DNA of 11,346 nucleotides from a virus (Duplodnaviria; Heunggongvirae; Uroviricota; Caudoviricetes): IMG/VR virus record IMGVR_UViG_2896607866_000003, positions 1 to 11,346 of that record; one strand, 5' to 3'. Shown piece by piece: positions 1 to 8,769 of this stretch (position 1 is its first letter; each line of letters starts with the position of its first letter). The notes under the pieces were generated by a model. It saw only the letters and a program-made list of their open reading frames with translations, ran no database searches and was not told where the DNA came from. The position numbers and the translations under genes were made by a program.

Positions 1-34
1 AAAAAAATCCGGAAACAAGTGAGCGTTTCCGGAT
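1..34 (-). terminator. Candidate Rho-independent terminator read on the minus strand
   Basis: Inverted repeat ATCCGGAAAC (7-16) / GTTTCCGGAT (25-34) with an 8-nt loop; on the minus strand the stem is followed by the T-run complementary to A1-A7. Confidence 0.4.
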
Positions 35-67
35 TCTTACACAGCCACTGGATCGGTCAACTGATCC

Positions 68-282
68 TTAACTGATCGGCATTACAACAAGGGTTGACCT
101 GATTAATTTTGCGGAAGCCGCTTTACCTTCTGCTACGTAGGTATTTAGCATTGCTGCCACCTCTTTCGTTGATATGTCAGTGAGCGGTTTGTCCGGCAAT
201 TTTCTTCGAATTGCCCTGATTTTGCTGGCGTAGTCGAGTAGAGTTTTCGGTCTGATGCCCCTCTCGCTGAGGATTGTTTCAT
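68..282 (-). pseudogene. Internal fragment of a lambda-family tyrosine integrase (N-terminal/core-binding region only)
   Basis: Translation ILSERGIRPKTLLDYASKIRAIRRKLPDKPLTDISTKEVAAMLNTYVAEGKAASAKLIRSTL aligns with lambda Int around residues 75-131 as I recall it. Upstream it runs into the IS911 end at 283; downstream homology stops about 6 codons before the stop (VVMPIS*). The catalytic domain is absent. Confidence 0.75.
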
Positions 283-354
283 TGAAGTGGCACACTGAAT
301 TTGGCCACCTGAACAGAGGTGATATGCTCACCTCAGAACAACACAGGTGCTCCA

Positions 355-1523
<1,169 letters not shown>

Positions 1524-1531
1524 CCACTTCA

Positions 1532-2200
1532 AAACTGGTAGGGCAGAAGTCTGGTGTTAACCCGAATATTTTTTACCTTCCGGCGACAAATGACGCCGAT
1601 GACGGCTATCAGGGTGATTACGATGGTGACTTCAACAGGGCGATCGAAACAGCCAATCGCTTGAGTGAAATCGACCTGCTTTACATCGACGACACGCCGG
1701 GATTATCTCTGGCTCAAATCGTCAGCGAAAGCCGTCGAATCAAGCGAGAAAAAGGATGTGTTGGCATGATTCTGGTCGATGACCTGACACTAATGACCGC
1801 TGAAAAGGCCGATCGCAACGACCTTGCCTACGGCATGATCACCAAAGGACTGAAGAACCTTGCCAAAGAGCTTGATTGCGTTGTTGTGCTTCTGACGCAG
1901 CTTAACCGCGCACTGGAAAGCCGAACCAATAAACGCCCATTACCAAGTGACTCACGAGATACAGGGCAGATTGAACAGGATTGCGATTATTGGGTGGGGA
2001 TCCATCGTGAAGGTGCTTTTGATGACAGTGTTCCACCTGGTGAAACCGAACTAATCCTTCGTCTCAATCGTCATGGCAATACCGGCACGGTGTATTGCAT
2101 TCAGGCAAATGGCGCTATTTATGACACAGACCAACAGTCTGCTGAAATGCGCCGACGTGAACGCGAGGAACCGCAGTCCAAGAAGAAAGGAGGATTCTGA
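1532..2200 (+). pseudogene. DnaB-family replicative helicase, 5'-truncated (C-terminal RecA-like domain only)
   Basis: The frame is open from the IS911 boundary; IDDTPGLSLAQIVSESRRIKREKGCVGMILVDDLTLM…LAKELDCVVVLLTQLNRALESRTNKRPLPSDSRDTGQIEQDCDYW resembles the E. coli DnaB C-terminal domain (IYIDDSSGLT…LIMIDYLQLM…LSQLNRSLEQRADKRP…SGSIEQDAD). No N-terminal domain or Walker A is present. Confidence 0.75.
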
Positions 2201-2277
2201 TGACCATCTACATCACTGAGCTTGTAACAGGCCTGCTGGTAATCGCAGGCCTTTTTATTTGGGGGAGAGGGAAGTGA
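2200..2277 (+). CDS. Candidate 25-aa hydrophobic peptide (MTIYITELVTGLLVIAGLFIWGRGK)
   Basis: Perfect SD AAGGAGG (2187-2193) 6 nt before ATG 2200; the ATG overlaps the helicase stop (TGATG) and its stop overlaps the next GTG start (GTGA). Predicted single TM helix. It contains the inverted repeat AGGCCTGC/GCAGGCCT (2229-2252) plus a T-run, so a terminator is an alternative reading. Confidence 0.4.
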   Translation: MTIYITELVTGLLVIAGLFIWGRGK

Positions 2278-2503
2278 ACGATAGCTACCGACAGTTTGAA
2301 AACTGGTGGTCAAAAGACAAAAACCAGTTCACAGGAGACGATGAATTAAAAGAGTTTGCCTGGGTGATATGGCAGGCATCGCGCTCTGCTATTGAACTGG
2401 ATATCGACTGGCCCGAATCGAATGACGACTTTTGGAAAGATGGTGAAGAAGGTGCTTATGCGATGGGTTATGAGGATGGGCGTGACAAAACGGTAATTGC
2501 AGT
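2274..2503 (+). pseudogene. Small acidic phage protein of unknown function, interrupted by IS2 (3' remainder at 3835-3888)
   Basis: GTG 2274 preceded by GGGGGAGAGGG; the ORF runs into the IS2 left end. Removing IS2 and one copy of the duplication restores an in-frame tail …DKTVIAV-MKAIRAAGIKEKNFD*. Confidence 0.45.
2499..2503. repeat. IS2 target-site duplication, left copy (GCAGT)
   Basis: The 5 bp immediately left of the IS2 end are identical to the 5 bp at 3835-3839. Confidence 0.8.
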
Positions 2504-2594
2504 TAGACTGGCCCCCTGAATCTCCAGACAACCAGTATCACTTATTTAAGTGATAGTCTTAATACTAGTTTTTAGACTAGTCATTGGAGAACAG

Positions 2595-2960
2595 ATGATT
2601 GATGTCTTAGGGCCGGAGAAACGCAGACGGCGTACCACACAGGAAAAGATCGCAATTGTTCAGCAGAGCTTTGAACCGGGGATGACGGTCTCCCTCGTTG
2701 CCCGGCAACATGGTGTAGCAGCCAGCCAGTTATTTCTCTGGCGTAAGCAATACCAGGAAGGAAGTCTTACTGCTGTGGCCGCCGGAGAACAGGTTGTTCC
2801 TGCCTCTGAACTTGCTGCCGCCATGAAGCAGATTAAAGAACTCCAGCGCCTGCTCGGCAAGAAAACGATGGAAAATGAACTCCTCAAAGAAGCCGTTGAA
2901 TATGGACGGGCAAAAAAGTGGATAGCGCACGCGCCCTTATTGCCCGGGGATGGGGAGTAA
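2595..2960 (+). CDS. insC: IS2 OrfA (InsC, transposition regulator)
   Basis: [40 protein letters not shown]… 121 aa, matches IS2 InsC as recalled; the ORF-track start at 2550 is an upstream extension. Confidence 0.85.
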
Positions 2961-3823
2961 GCTTAGTCAGCCGTTGTCTCCGGGTGTCGCGTGCGCAGTT
3001 GCACGTCATTCTCAGACGAACCGATGACTGGATGGATGGCCGCCGCAGTCGTCACACTGATGATACGGATGTGCTTCTCCGTATACACCATGTTATCGGA
3101 GAGCTGCCCACGTATGGTTATCGTCGGGTATGGGCGCTGCTTCGCAGACAGGCAGAACTTGATGGTATGCCTGCGATCAATGCCAAACGTGTTTACCGGA
3201 TCATGCGCCAGAATGCGCTGTTGCTTGAGCGAAAACCTGCTGTACCGCCATCGAAACGGGCACATACAGGCAGAGTAGCCGTGAAAGAAAGCAATCAGCG
3301 ATGGTGCTCTGACGGGTTCGAGTTCTGCTGTGATAACGGAGAGAGACTGCGTGTCACGTTCGCGCTGGACTGCTGTGATCGTGAGGCACTGCACTGGGCG
3401 GTGACTACCGGCGGCTTCAACAGTGAAACAGTACAGGACGTCATGCTGGGAGCGGTGGAACGCCGCTTCGGCAACGATCTTCCGTCGTCTCCAGTGGAGT
3501 GGCTGACGGATAATGGTTCATGCTACCGGGCTAATGAAACACGCCAGTTCGCCCGGATGTTGGGACTTGAACCGAAGAACACGGCGGTGCGGAGTCCGGA
3601 GAGTAACGGAATAGCAGAGAGCTTCGTGAAAACGATAAAGCGTGACTACATCAGTATCATGCCCAAACCAGACGGGTTAACGGCAGCAAAGAACCTTGCA
3701 GAGGCGTTCGAGCATTATAACGAATGGCATCCGCATAGTGCGCTGGGTTATCGCTCGCCACGGGAATATCTGCGGCAGCGGGCTTGTAATGGGTTAAGTG
3801 ATAACAGATGTCTGGAAATATAG
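2918..3823 (+). CDS. insD: IS2 OrfB (InsD transposase, DDE domain)
   Basis: 301-aa [33 protein letters not shown]… overlapping insC in the -1 frame, typical IS2 organisation. Confidence 0.85.
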
Positions 3824-3834
3824 GGGCAAATCCA

Positions 3835-3839
3835 GCAGT
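3835..3839. repeat. IS2 target-site duplication, right copy (GCAGT)
   Basis: Identical to 2499-2503. Confidence 0.8.
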
Positions 3840-4019
3840 AATGAAAGCCATCAGGGCCGCAGGAATCAAAGAAAAGAATTTCGATTAAGCAAATATCACT
3901 TCAATAAATCGCTTTTAAGGCATCACAATCGCTCTGTAGCGAGGTAAACGCGTGCAAGGTATTTATATAGCAGCGAGAATGAAAAATGCGTCAGAATACG
4001 TTTGAGGAGGTTTTAAGAA

Positions 4020-4235
4020 ATGAGTTCGTTGACTGAGCTTGTCCGCGCCGACTTTCAGGAGAACATTGGTCGTGCAAAGCGGTACTGGTCTGCTTCCAGA
4101 CTTCCGACTGGCGAGAGACAGAAAAACGCCCCTAAGCCACGGAGCTATCCGCGTGACCGCGTTCTTCGCCGGTTGGTTAAAATCGATAATGATTTTCAGT
4201 GTGACAGAATTATCCGGAGTCTGGATTTAAAGTGA
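4020..4235 (+). CDS. Hypothetical basic protein, 71 aa
   Basis: ATG 4020 preceded by GAGGAGG (4004-4010, 9-nt spacer); Arg/Lys-rich. I recognise no family. The alternative-frame ORF 4039-4230 lacks an RBS. Confidence 0.4.
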   Translation: MSSLTELVRADFQENIGRAKRYWSASRLPTGERQKNAPKPRSYPRDRVLRRLVKIDNDFQCDRIIRSLDLK

Positions 4236-4245
4236 AGGAGTGAGC

Positions 4246-4542
4246 ATGAGCAAAGTATCACGAGGAATGAAAATATCGCTTATTTTCATCCTTAATCCGC
4301 ATCGTATCTTTTTGGCTTCAGCAGTATGGCTGTCATATTTTGTTTATTGGTTAGCAGATAAATTGGATGATTTTGCGAAATGGCTTGAGAATTTTGCGAA
4401 TGCGAGGTTTGAGTCATGGCCGCTTATCGGAGAGAAGATGTCTGACGAATTAAACCGGTATTACGCGGATAAGCGCAAGGAGAAGAGCAGGAGGGCAAGT
4501 GAAGCAATTATTCCTGCTTCGCAACGAAGCAATCAGAAATAA
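4246..4542 (+). CDS. Hypothetical protein, 98 aa, with N-terminal hydrophobic segment
   Basis: AAGGAG (4235-4240) 5 nt before ATG 4246; hydrophobic stretch ISLIFILNPHRIFLASAVWLSYFVYWLA, then a charged tail. Overlaps the ninB start by 44 nt, which lowers confidence in the 3' end. Confidence 0.35.
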   Translation: MSKVSRGMKISLIFILNPHRIFLASAVWLSYFVYWLADKLDDFAKWLENFANARFESWPLIGEKMSDELNRYYADKRKEKSRRASEAIIPASQRSNQK

Positions 4543-4945
4543 CGCCATAGACGCCATTCTCTCACTACCCATCGACGACAAGTCACCCCACGAAGTCCAC
4601 GTTAGAGAACCCAAACGCAGCAAAGCGCAGAATGACCGTATGTGGCCGATGCTGAACGATGTTTCGCGTCAGGTGCTATGGCATGGTCAACGGCTGGCGC
4701 CGGAAGACTGGAAAGACCTGTTCACTGCCCTGTGGCTTAAGACCAAAAAACTGGAGCAACGAAGTGCGCCTGGTATCGGCGGTGGCGTTGTCATGCTTGG
4801 CGTGCGTACCAGCAAAATGCGAAAGGCCAGCATGACTGAGCTTATCGAAATCATGTTCTGGTTCGGCTCAGAGCGCAACGTGCGGTGGAGTGATAACTCC
4901 CGGCGAGAGTATGAATGGTCACAACGAACAGGGAGGGCGGCATGA
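4499..4945 (+). CDS. ninB: NinB-like recombination protein (lambda nin region)
   Basis: …[25 protein letters not shown]…VRWSD…GRAA* parallels lambda NinB motifs; GTG start after AGGAGG (4489-4494). Confidence 0.8.
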   Translation: MKQLFLLRNEAIRNNAIDAILSLPIDDKSPHEVHVREPKRSKAQNDRMWPMLNDVSRQVLWHGQRLAPEDWKDLFTALWLKTKKLEQRSAPGIGGGVVMLGVRTSKMRKASMTELIEIMFWFGSERNVRWSDNSRREYEWSQRTGRAA

Positions 4946-5118
4946 GGCGACAGCGACGAAGTATTACCGACATAATCTGTGAAAACTGCAAATACCTTCC
5001 AACGAAACGCTCCAGAAATAAACGCAAGCCAATCCCAAAAGAATCTGACGTAAAAACCTTCAACTACACGGCTCACCTGTGGGATATCCGGTGGCTAAGA
5101 CATCGTGCGAGGAAATGA
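4942..5118 (+). CDS. ninE: NinE-like small basic protein
   Basis: [58 protein letters not shown], near-identical to lambda NinE as recalled; its ATG overlaps the ninB stop (ATGA). Confidence 0.8.
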   Translation: MRRQRRSITDIICENCKYLPTKRSRNKRKPIPKESDVKTFNYTAHLWDIRWLRHRARK

Positions 5119-5159
5119 CTATTTATCCGGTGCGCCGCCAGAATGACGGCGCGGTGTGG

Positions 5160-5468
5160 TTAAACGAAGCGGATCTGGAGTTTTTTTCCAGTAGCGCGGG
5201 CGAATTTTTTTAGGGTGGCAAATGATGGGCCGCTGATACCTGATGCGAGATTACTTTCCATTCTGGTGATCGCGGTCGCTTTTGTTCCCATTCGCTCGGC
5301 AACTTCAGCCTGAGTTAAGCCAGCTTCTTTGCGTGCTGCCAGCATTTCATCAAGCAGTGCGAATTCGTCAGCGATAGCGTCGTATTCTGCTTTAAAAGCC
5401 GGGTCTTCCATCCATTTGGCTGCCATTTCGTCGTGTGTCATGGTGGGGAGAGTGCGTTTACCAGTCAT
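5160..5468 (-). CDS. HigA-like antitoxin (XRE-family helix-turn-helix protein)
   Basis: 102 aa with an HTH segment (…GLTQAEVAERMGTKATAITRMES…); perfect SD AAGGAGG 6 nt upstream of the ATG on the minus strand; the start overlaps the toxin stop by 11 nt. Confidence 0.8.
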   Translation of the reverse strand: MTGKRTLPTMTHDEMAAKWMEDPAFKAEYDAIADEFALLDEMLAARKEAGLTQAEVAERMGTKATAITRMESNLASGISGPSFATLKKFARATGKKLQIRFV

Positions 5469-5787
5469 GCTTAACCTCCTTCATTCTGGTTTCAGCTTTC
5501 TTGCGTTCGGCTGGCGGTGTTTTCTGCGTTTTCTTTACAAAACTATGCAGCATGATGATGCGTTTCCCTGTCAGAGTGCAGTAAAAAACACGCGCGATCC
5601 CATCGTTGCCTTTAATTCTGAGTTCGAAAAGTCCGTCACCAAAGGCGCTGGTGTGAGGTTCTCCGAGATTGCTGCCATATATCTTCATACGTTCAACGAG
5701 ATGTTGGTATCGGGCACGCATACTCAATGGAAGCCGATCGACTTCCAGCCTTACATCTTCACTGTAGTATTCGATAGTGTAGTTCAT
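5458..5787 (-). CDS. RelE/ParE-superfamily toxin of the Gp49 / HigB-like family
   Basis: MNYTIEYYSEDV…GDGLFELRIKGNDGIARVFYCTLTGKRIIMLHSFVKKTQKTPPAERKKAETRMKEV: the …LHSFVKKTQKTP… C-terminus is characteristic of Gp49-like toxins. Toxin-then-antitoxin order fits a higBA-type module. Start at 5787 (alternative ATG 5799); no clear SD. Confidence 0.75.
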   Translation of the reverse strand: MNYTIEYYSEDVRLEVDRLPLSMRARYQHLVERMKIYGSNLGEPHTSAFGDGLFELRIKGNDGIARVFYCTLTGKRIIMLHSFVKKTQKTPPAERKKAETRMKEVKHDW

Positions 5788-5797
5788 AGGTATCAAC

Positions 5798-5813
5798 ATA
5801 ACAAAATTGTTAT
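5798..5813. promoter_or_regulatory. Perfect palindrome ATAACAA-AA-TTGTTAT at the 5' edge of the toxin gene; candidate operator
   Basis: 16-bp dyad read directly from the sequence, immediately upstream of or overlapping the toxin start; TA operons are commonly autoregulated at such sites. Confidence 0.35.
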
Positions 5814-5832
5814 ATGCATTCAAGGCCTGTAG

Positions 5833-5862
5833 TTGACGACAACACATATCCGGGGCTATATT
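5833..5862 (+). promoter_or_regulatory. Candidate sigma70 promoter (TTGACG - 18 bp - TATATT), plus strand
   Basis: -35 TTGACG at 5833-5838 and -10 TATATT at 5857-5862; divergent from the TA operon; predicted start about 5869. Confidence 0.35.
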
Positions 5863-5868
5863 CCTCAC

Positions 5869-5942
5869 GCGCCAGCAAAATCTGGCGTCGGGATTGGAAC
5901 CCCGGATATCGAAACGGTGCATACCGCGCTGGCGGTTTTTTT
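5869..5942 (+). ncRNA. Candidate small structured RNA or attenuator leader (about 74 nt) ending in an intrinsic terminator
   Basis: Hairpin GCGCCAG (5869-5875) / CTGGCGT (5882-5888), then ACCGC-GCTG-GCGGT (5923-5936) followed by T7. CGCCAGC (5870-5876) can instead pair with GCTGGCG (5928-5934), which would disrupt the terminator. Confidence 0.25.
5923..5942 (+). terminator. Candidate Rho-independent terminator (5-bp GC stem, GCTG loop, T7)
   Basis: ACCGC GCTG GCGGT TTTTTT read on the plus strand. Confidence 0.4.
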
Positions 5943-6105
5943 ATGCGCTAAGCACAGTCACATTCGCGATTTATGGCGGGCTGTGTGGGGGCACCGAAAG
6001 GTGCGCCGGATGTTTCGACCGGTAGTTCCAACCCTGCACAGTTCGCCACCCGATGATTGGAACCTGAAGGTGGTGAGGTAAAAATTATCGAAACGCGAGG
6101 TCGTT

Positions 6106-6792
6106 ATGACTGTTCAAGTTGCTGTCAAAAACCTTTCCCCTGTCACTTATAACCAGATTCCTGTAATCACAACTGAGTTACTCGCCCGCCTTTACGGAAC
6201 AGAAGCAATCCGTATACAGCAGAATCACCATGAAAATAAATCTCGATTTATTGAGGGAAAACACTTCTTTAAAGCTGTTGGTGATGAGCTCAAAAATTTG
6301 CGACTAGTTTTAAACGAGTCGCAAAATGAGGTGAAAATTTCTCCAAAAACCCGCTCCCTCATCCTCTGGACAGAACGCGGCGCAGCTCGTCACGCGAAGA
6401 TGCTCGAAACCGATCAGGCATGGGACGTGTTCGAAAAACTGGAAGACTGCTATTTCAGCCAGACTTCGAAAAGCGCAGGTCATCACGAGAAGAAAACCAG
6501 CGAGCTTTCTGCAAAAGATGCAAACAGTCTGGTATGGTTGTGGGATTATGCCAACCGCTCACAGGCATTATTCCGCGAACTGTATCCGGCGCTAAGACAA
6601 ATTCAGTCTAACTATTCCGGCAGATGCCACGACTACGGTCATGAGTTCTCGTATGTTATCGGAATGGCGAGAGACGTTTTAATCAATCACACACGAGATG
6701 TTGATATTAATGAGCCAGACGGACCAACGAATCTTTCTGCATGGGTAAGACTTAAGAACAAAGAATTACCTCCTTCACTACATCACTACTGA
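6106..6792 (+). CDS. ORF6N-like domain protein (phage regulatory / antirepressor-associated family), 228 aa
   Basis: N-terminal region …[42 protein letters not shown]…[22 protein letters not shown]… resembles the ORF6N domain as I recall it; GAGGT 4 nt before ATG 6106. The family call is from memory. Confidence 0.6.
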   Translation: MTVQVAVKNLSPVTYNQIPVITTELLARLYGTEAIRIQQNHHENKSRFIEGKHFFKAVGDELKNLRLVLNESQNEVKISPKTRSLILWTERGAARHAKMLETDQAWDVFEKLEDCYFSQTSKSAGHHEKKTSELSAKDANSLVWLWDYANRSQALFRELYPALRQIQSNYSGRCHDYGHEFSYVIGMARDVLINHTRDVDINEPDGPTNLSAWVRLKNKELPPSLHHY

Positions 6793-6810
6793 CAGATTGC
6801 CAACGCAACG

Positions 6811-6836
6811 ACCCAGCTTCGGCTGGGTTTTTTATT
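6811..6836 (+). terminator. Candidate Rho-independent terminator after the ORF6N-like gene
   Basis: ACCCAGC-TTCG-GCTGGGT (6811-6828) followed by TTTTTATT. Confidence 0.5.
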
Positions 6837-6866
6837 GCTGAATTTTCAATATGAGAGGACATGACA

Positions 6867-7589
6867 ATGAACGAGCTGATAAATAGCAACGCCATTAAAA
6901 TGACCAGCATTGAAATCGCTGAGTTGGTGGGTAAGCGTCATGACAATGTGAAACGTACCATCGAAACGCTGGCTAAAAATGGTGTTATCCGGCATCCTCA
7001 ATTTGAGGTTTCCGAAAGAATCAATAACTTAGGGTTCAATGTTCAGTACGAGCATTACGTCTTCGAAGGCGAACAAGGTAAGCGCGACAGCATTATTGTC
7101 GTTGCCCAGTTGTCGCCGGAATTCACCGCTCGTCTTGTTGACCGTTGGCGAGAGCTTGAAGGGGCAACCGCGAAAATCCCACAAACCTTTTCTGAGGCAT
7201 TGCGCCTTGCGGCCGACCTTGAAGACCAGAAGGCTGAACTGGAGAAACAGCTTGCTCTCGCAGCACCTAAAGTTGAGTTTGCCGATCGCGTTAGCGAGGC
7301 CAGCGGAATTTTGATTGGAAACTTTGCAAAGGTTGTTGGAATTGGTCCAAACAAACTGTTTGCGTGGATGCGCGATCACAAAATCCTTATTGCTTCAGGT
7401 TCCCGGCGCAATGTGCCAATGCAGGAATATATGGATCGCGGCTATTTCACAGTGAAAGAAACAGCAGTCAACACAAATCACGGAATACAGATATCGTTCA
7501 CCACAAAAATCACCGGGCGTGGCCAACAGTGGCTGACCAGAAAGCTGCTCTATAACGGAATGCTGAAAGTTGAGGTGTACTGGCAATAG
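6867..7589 (+). CDS. Phage antirepressor: Rha N-terminal domain plus KilAC (ANT) C-terminal domain; last 5 codons and stop supplied by IS600
   Basis: N-terminus MTSIEIAELVGKRHDNVKRTIETL (Rha-like); C-terminus …FAKVVGIGPNKLFAWMRDHKILI…MQEYMDRGYFTVKE…ITGRGQQWL (KilAC-like). GAGAGG 8 nt before ATG 6867. The ORF crosses the IS600 end at 7571. Confidence 0.75.
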   Translation: MNELINSNAIKMTSIEIAELVGKRHDNVKRTIETLAKNGVIRHPQFEVSERINNLGFNVQYEHYVFEGEQGKRDSIIVVAQLSPEFTARLVDRWRELEGATAKIPQTFSEALRLAADLEDQKAELEKQLALAAPKVEFADRVSEASGILIGNFAKVVGIGPNKLFAWMRDHKILIASGSRRNVPMQEYMDRGYFTVKETAVNTNHGIQISFTTKITGRGQQWLTRKLLYNGMLKVEVYWQ

Positions 7590-7612
7590 CGGACACTACC
7601 ATTTGTTCTTTT

Positions 7613-8512
7613 TTAAGCAGCCATCTGATGATATTTTTCCCTGAAGGCTGCCGGGGAGATATTCCCCAGACGAGAGTGACGACGCTGACGATTGTAGAAA
7701 ATCTCAATGTATTCCCGTATTACTGAGATGGCTTCATCCCGGTTATTAAAACGATAGTGGCTCAGGCTCTCATTTTTCAGCGTTCCCCAGAAGCTTTCCA
7801 TCGGAGCGTTGTCGTAACAGTTACCTTTACGCGACATTGATGTTTTCAGACCAGACTGCTCCTGTATGACCCGGTAATCGTATGCGCAGTACTGTGAACC
7901 TCGATCAGAGTGGTGGATTAGCCCGGCAGGTGGGCGCTGGCTCCTGAGCGCCATAAACAGGGCTTTACCTGTCAGCTCTTTTGTCATGCGCTCTCCCATG
8001 GCGTAGCCGACAATTTCACACGTATAAACATCTTTGATGCCAGCGAGGTACAACCATCCCTCCTGTGTGGCAACATACGTCAGGTCCGCCACCCAGACCT
8101 GATTTGGTGCTGTAGGAGCGAACGTCTGGTTCAGCAGATTTGGCGCAACTGGCAGATTGTGGTTCGGGTTCGTAGTCGCTCTGAACTTGCGTTTCTGCTT
8201 ACAGCGTAGCCTTAGCTCCTTACGAAGACGTGCCAGTCGGTCACGACCAACGATGATGCCATTCTCTGCCAGCTCCGTCTGGAGCCGCCGGGTTCCATAT
8301 GTTTCGCGAGTGCGGATATGTGCCACCTTAATCTCCAGTTTTAGCCGCTCATCACTTTGTTTTCTGTCTGAGGGTTAATGCTGTACCCAGTTGTAATAAC
8401 CGCTCCTGGATACACCAAATACCTGACACATCGCTTCAATGGGAAATTGTTGTCGCCATTGTTCGATTAACGCGTATTTTTCAGCGACTCCTGTGCAAAA
8501 TACGCTGTTGCT
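7613..8512 (-). CDS. IS600 OrfB (DDE transposase; expressed by -1 frameshift from OrfA)
   Basis: Catalytic-domain motifs (…HHSDRGSQYCA…RKGNCYDNAPMESFW…); the frame is open upstream of the first ATG (8326) to the slippery site near 8510. Confidence 0.75.
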
Positions 8513-8769
8513 TTTTTTAATATATCTCGCTCAAGGCGAGCTTCATTTAACGCCTTACGCAGTTGCAGAATTTCAGATTCCAGTTCAGCCACCGTGCGGG
8601 AACCAGGAGTACCGAGCCCTTTTCTGGCGGCGGTAACCCATTGTCCTAAAGTGCCTTCAGGAAGAGATAATCGGGAAGCGCCTTCACTGATCGAAAGTTG
8701 ATTTTCAAGAACCGTTCTGACAGTTTCGGCTTTGAACTCTTTAGAGTAACGTTGGGTTTTTCTGCTCAT
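8467..8769 (-). CDS. IS600 OrfA
   Basis: MSRKTQRYSKEFKAETVRTVLENQLSISEGASRLSLPEGTLGQWV… 100 aa, IS3-family OrfA; AGGAG upstream on the minus strand. Confidence 0.8.
   Translation of the reverse strand: MSRKTQRYSKEFKAETVRTVLENQLSISEGASRLSLPEGTLGQWVTAARKGLGTPGSRTVAELESEILQLRKALNEARLERDILKKATAYFAQESLKNTR

Larger units (their letters stand above)
2504..3834 (+). mobile_element. IS2 (IS3 family), complete 1331-bp copy
   Basis: Starts TAGACTGGCCCCCTGAATCTCCAGACAACC and ends …TTTCCAGACATCTG…GGGGCAAATCCA; encodes InsC and InsD; flanked by a 5-bp direct repeat GCAGT. Confidence 0.9.

Noticed and set aside
319-354. Upstream extension of IS911 OrfA (ORF-track start at 319, [12 protein letters not shown]…)
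   Set aside because: IS911 OrfA begins at [11 protein letters not shown] (355); the extension lies in the terminal inverted repeat.
4039-4230. Alternative-frame 63-aa ORF overlapping the 71-aa ORF
   Set aside because: It has no SD and is fully nested in the better-supported 4020-4235 frame.
5128-5157. GC-rich inverted repeat (GCGCCG … CGGCGC) between convergent ninE and the antitoxin gene as a bidirectional terminator
   Set aside because: No U-run on either strand and a 9-nt loop; too weak to call.
5860-5950. Possible tRNA or tRNA-like gene in the structured region
   Set aside because: I could not find a cloverleaf with a 7-bp acceptor stem or a GTTCRA T-loop motif; the structure fits hairpin plus terminator instead.
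5833-6081. 82-aa plus-strand ORF spanning the intergenic region between the toxin gene and the ORF6N-like gene
   Set aside because: It has no RBS and runs straight through the promoter, hairpins and intrinsic terminator; the region is better explained as regulatory or non-coding.
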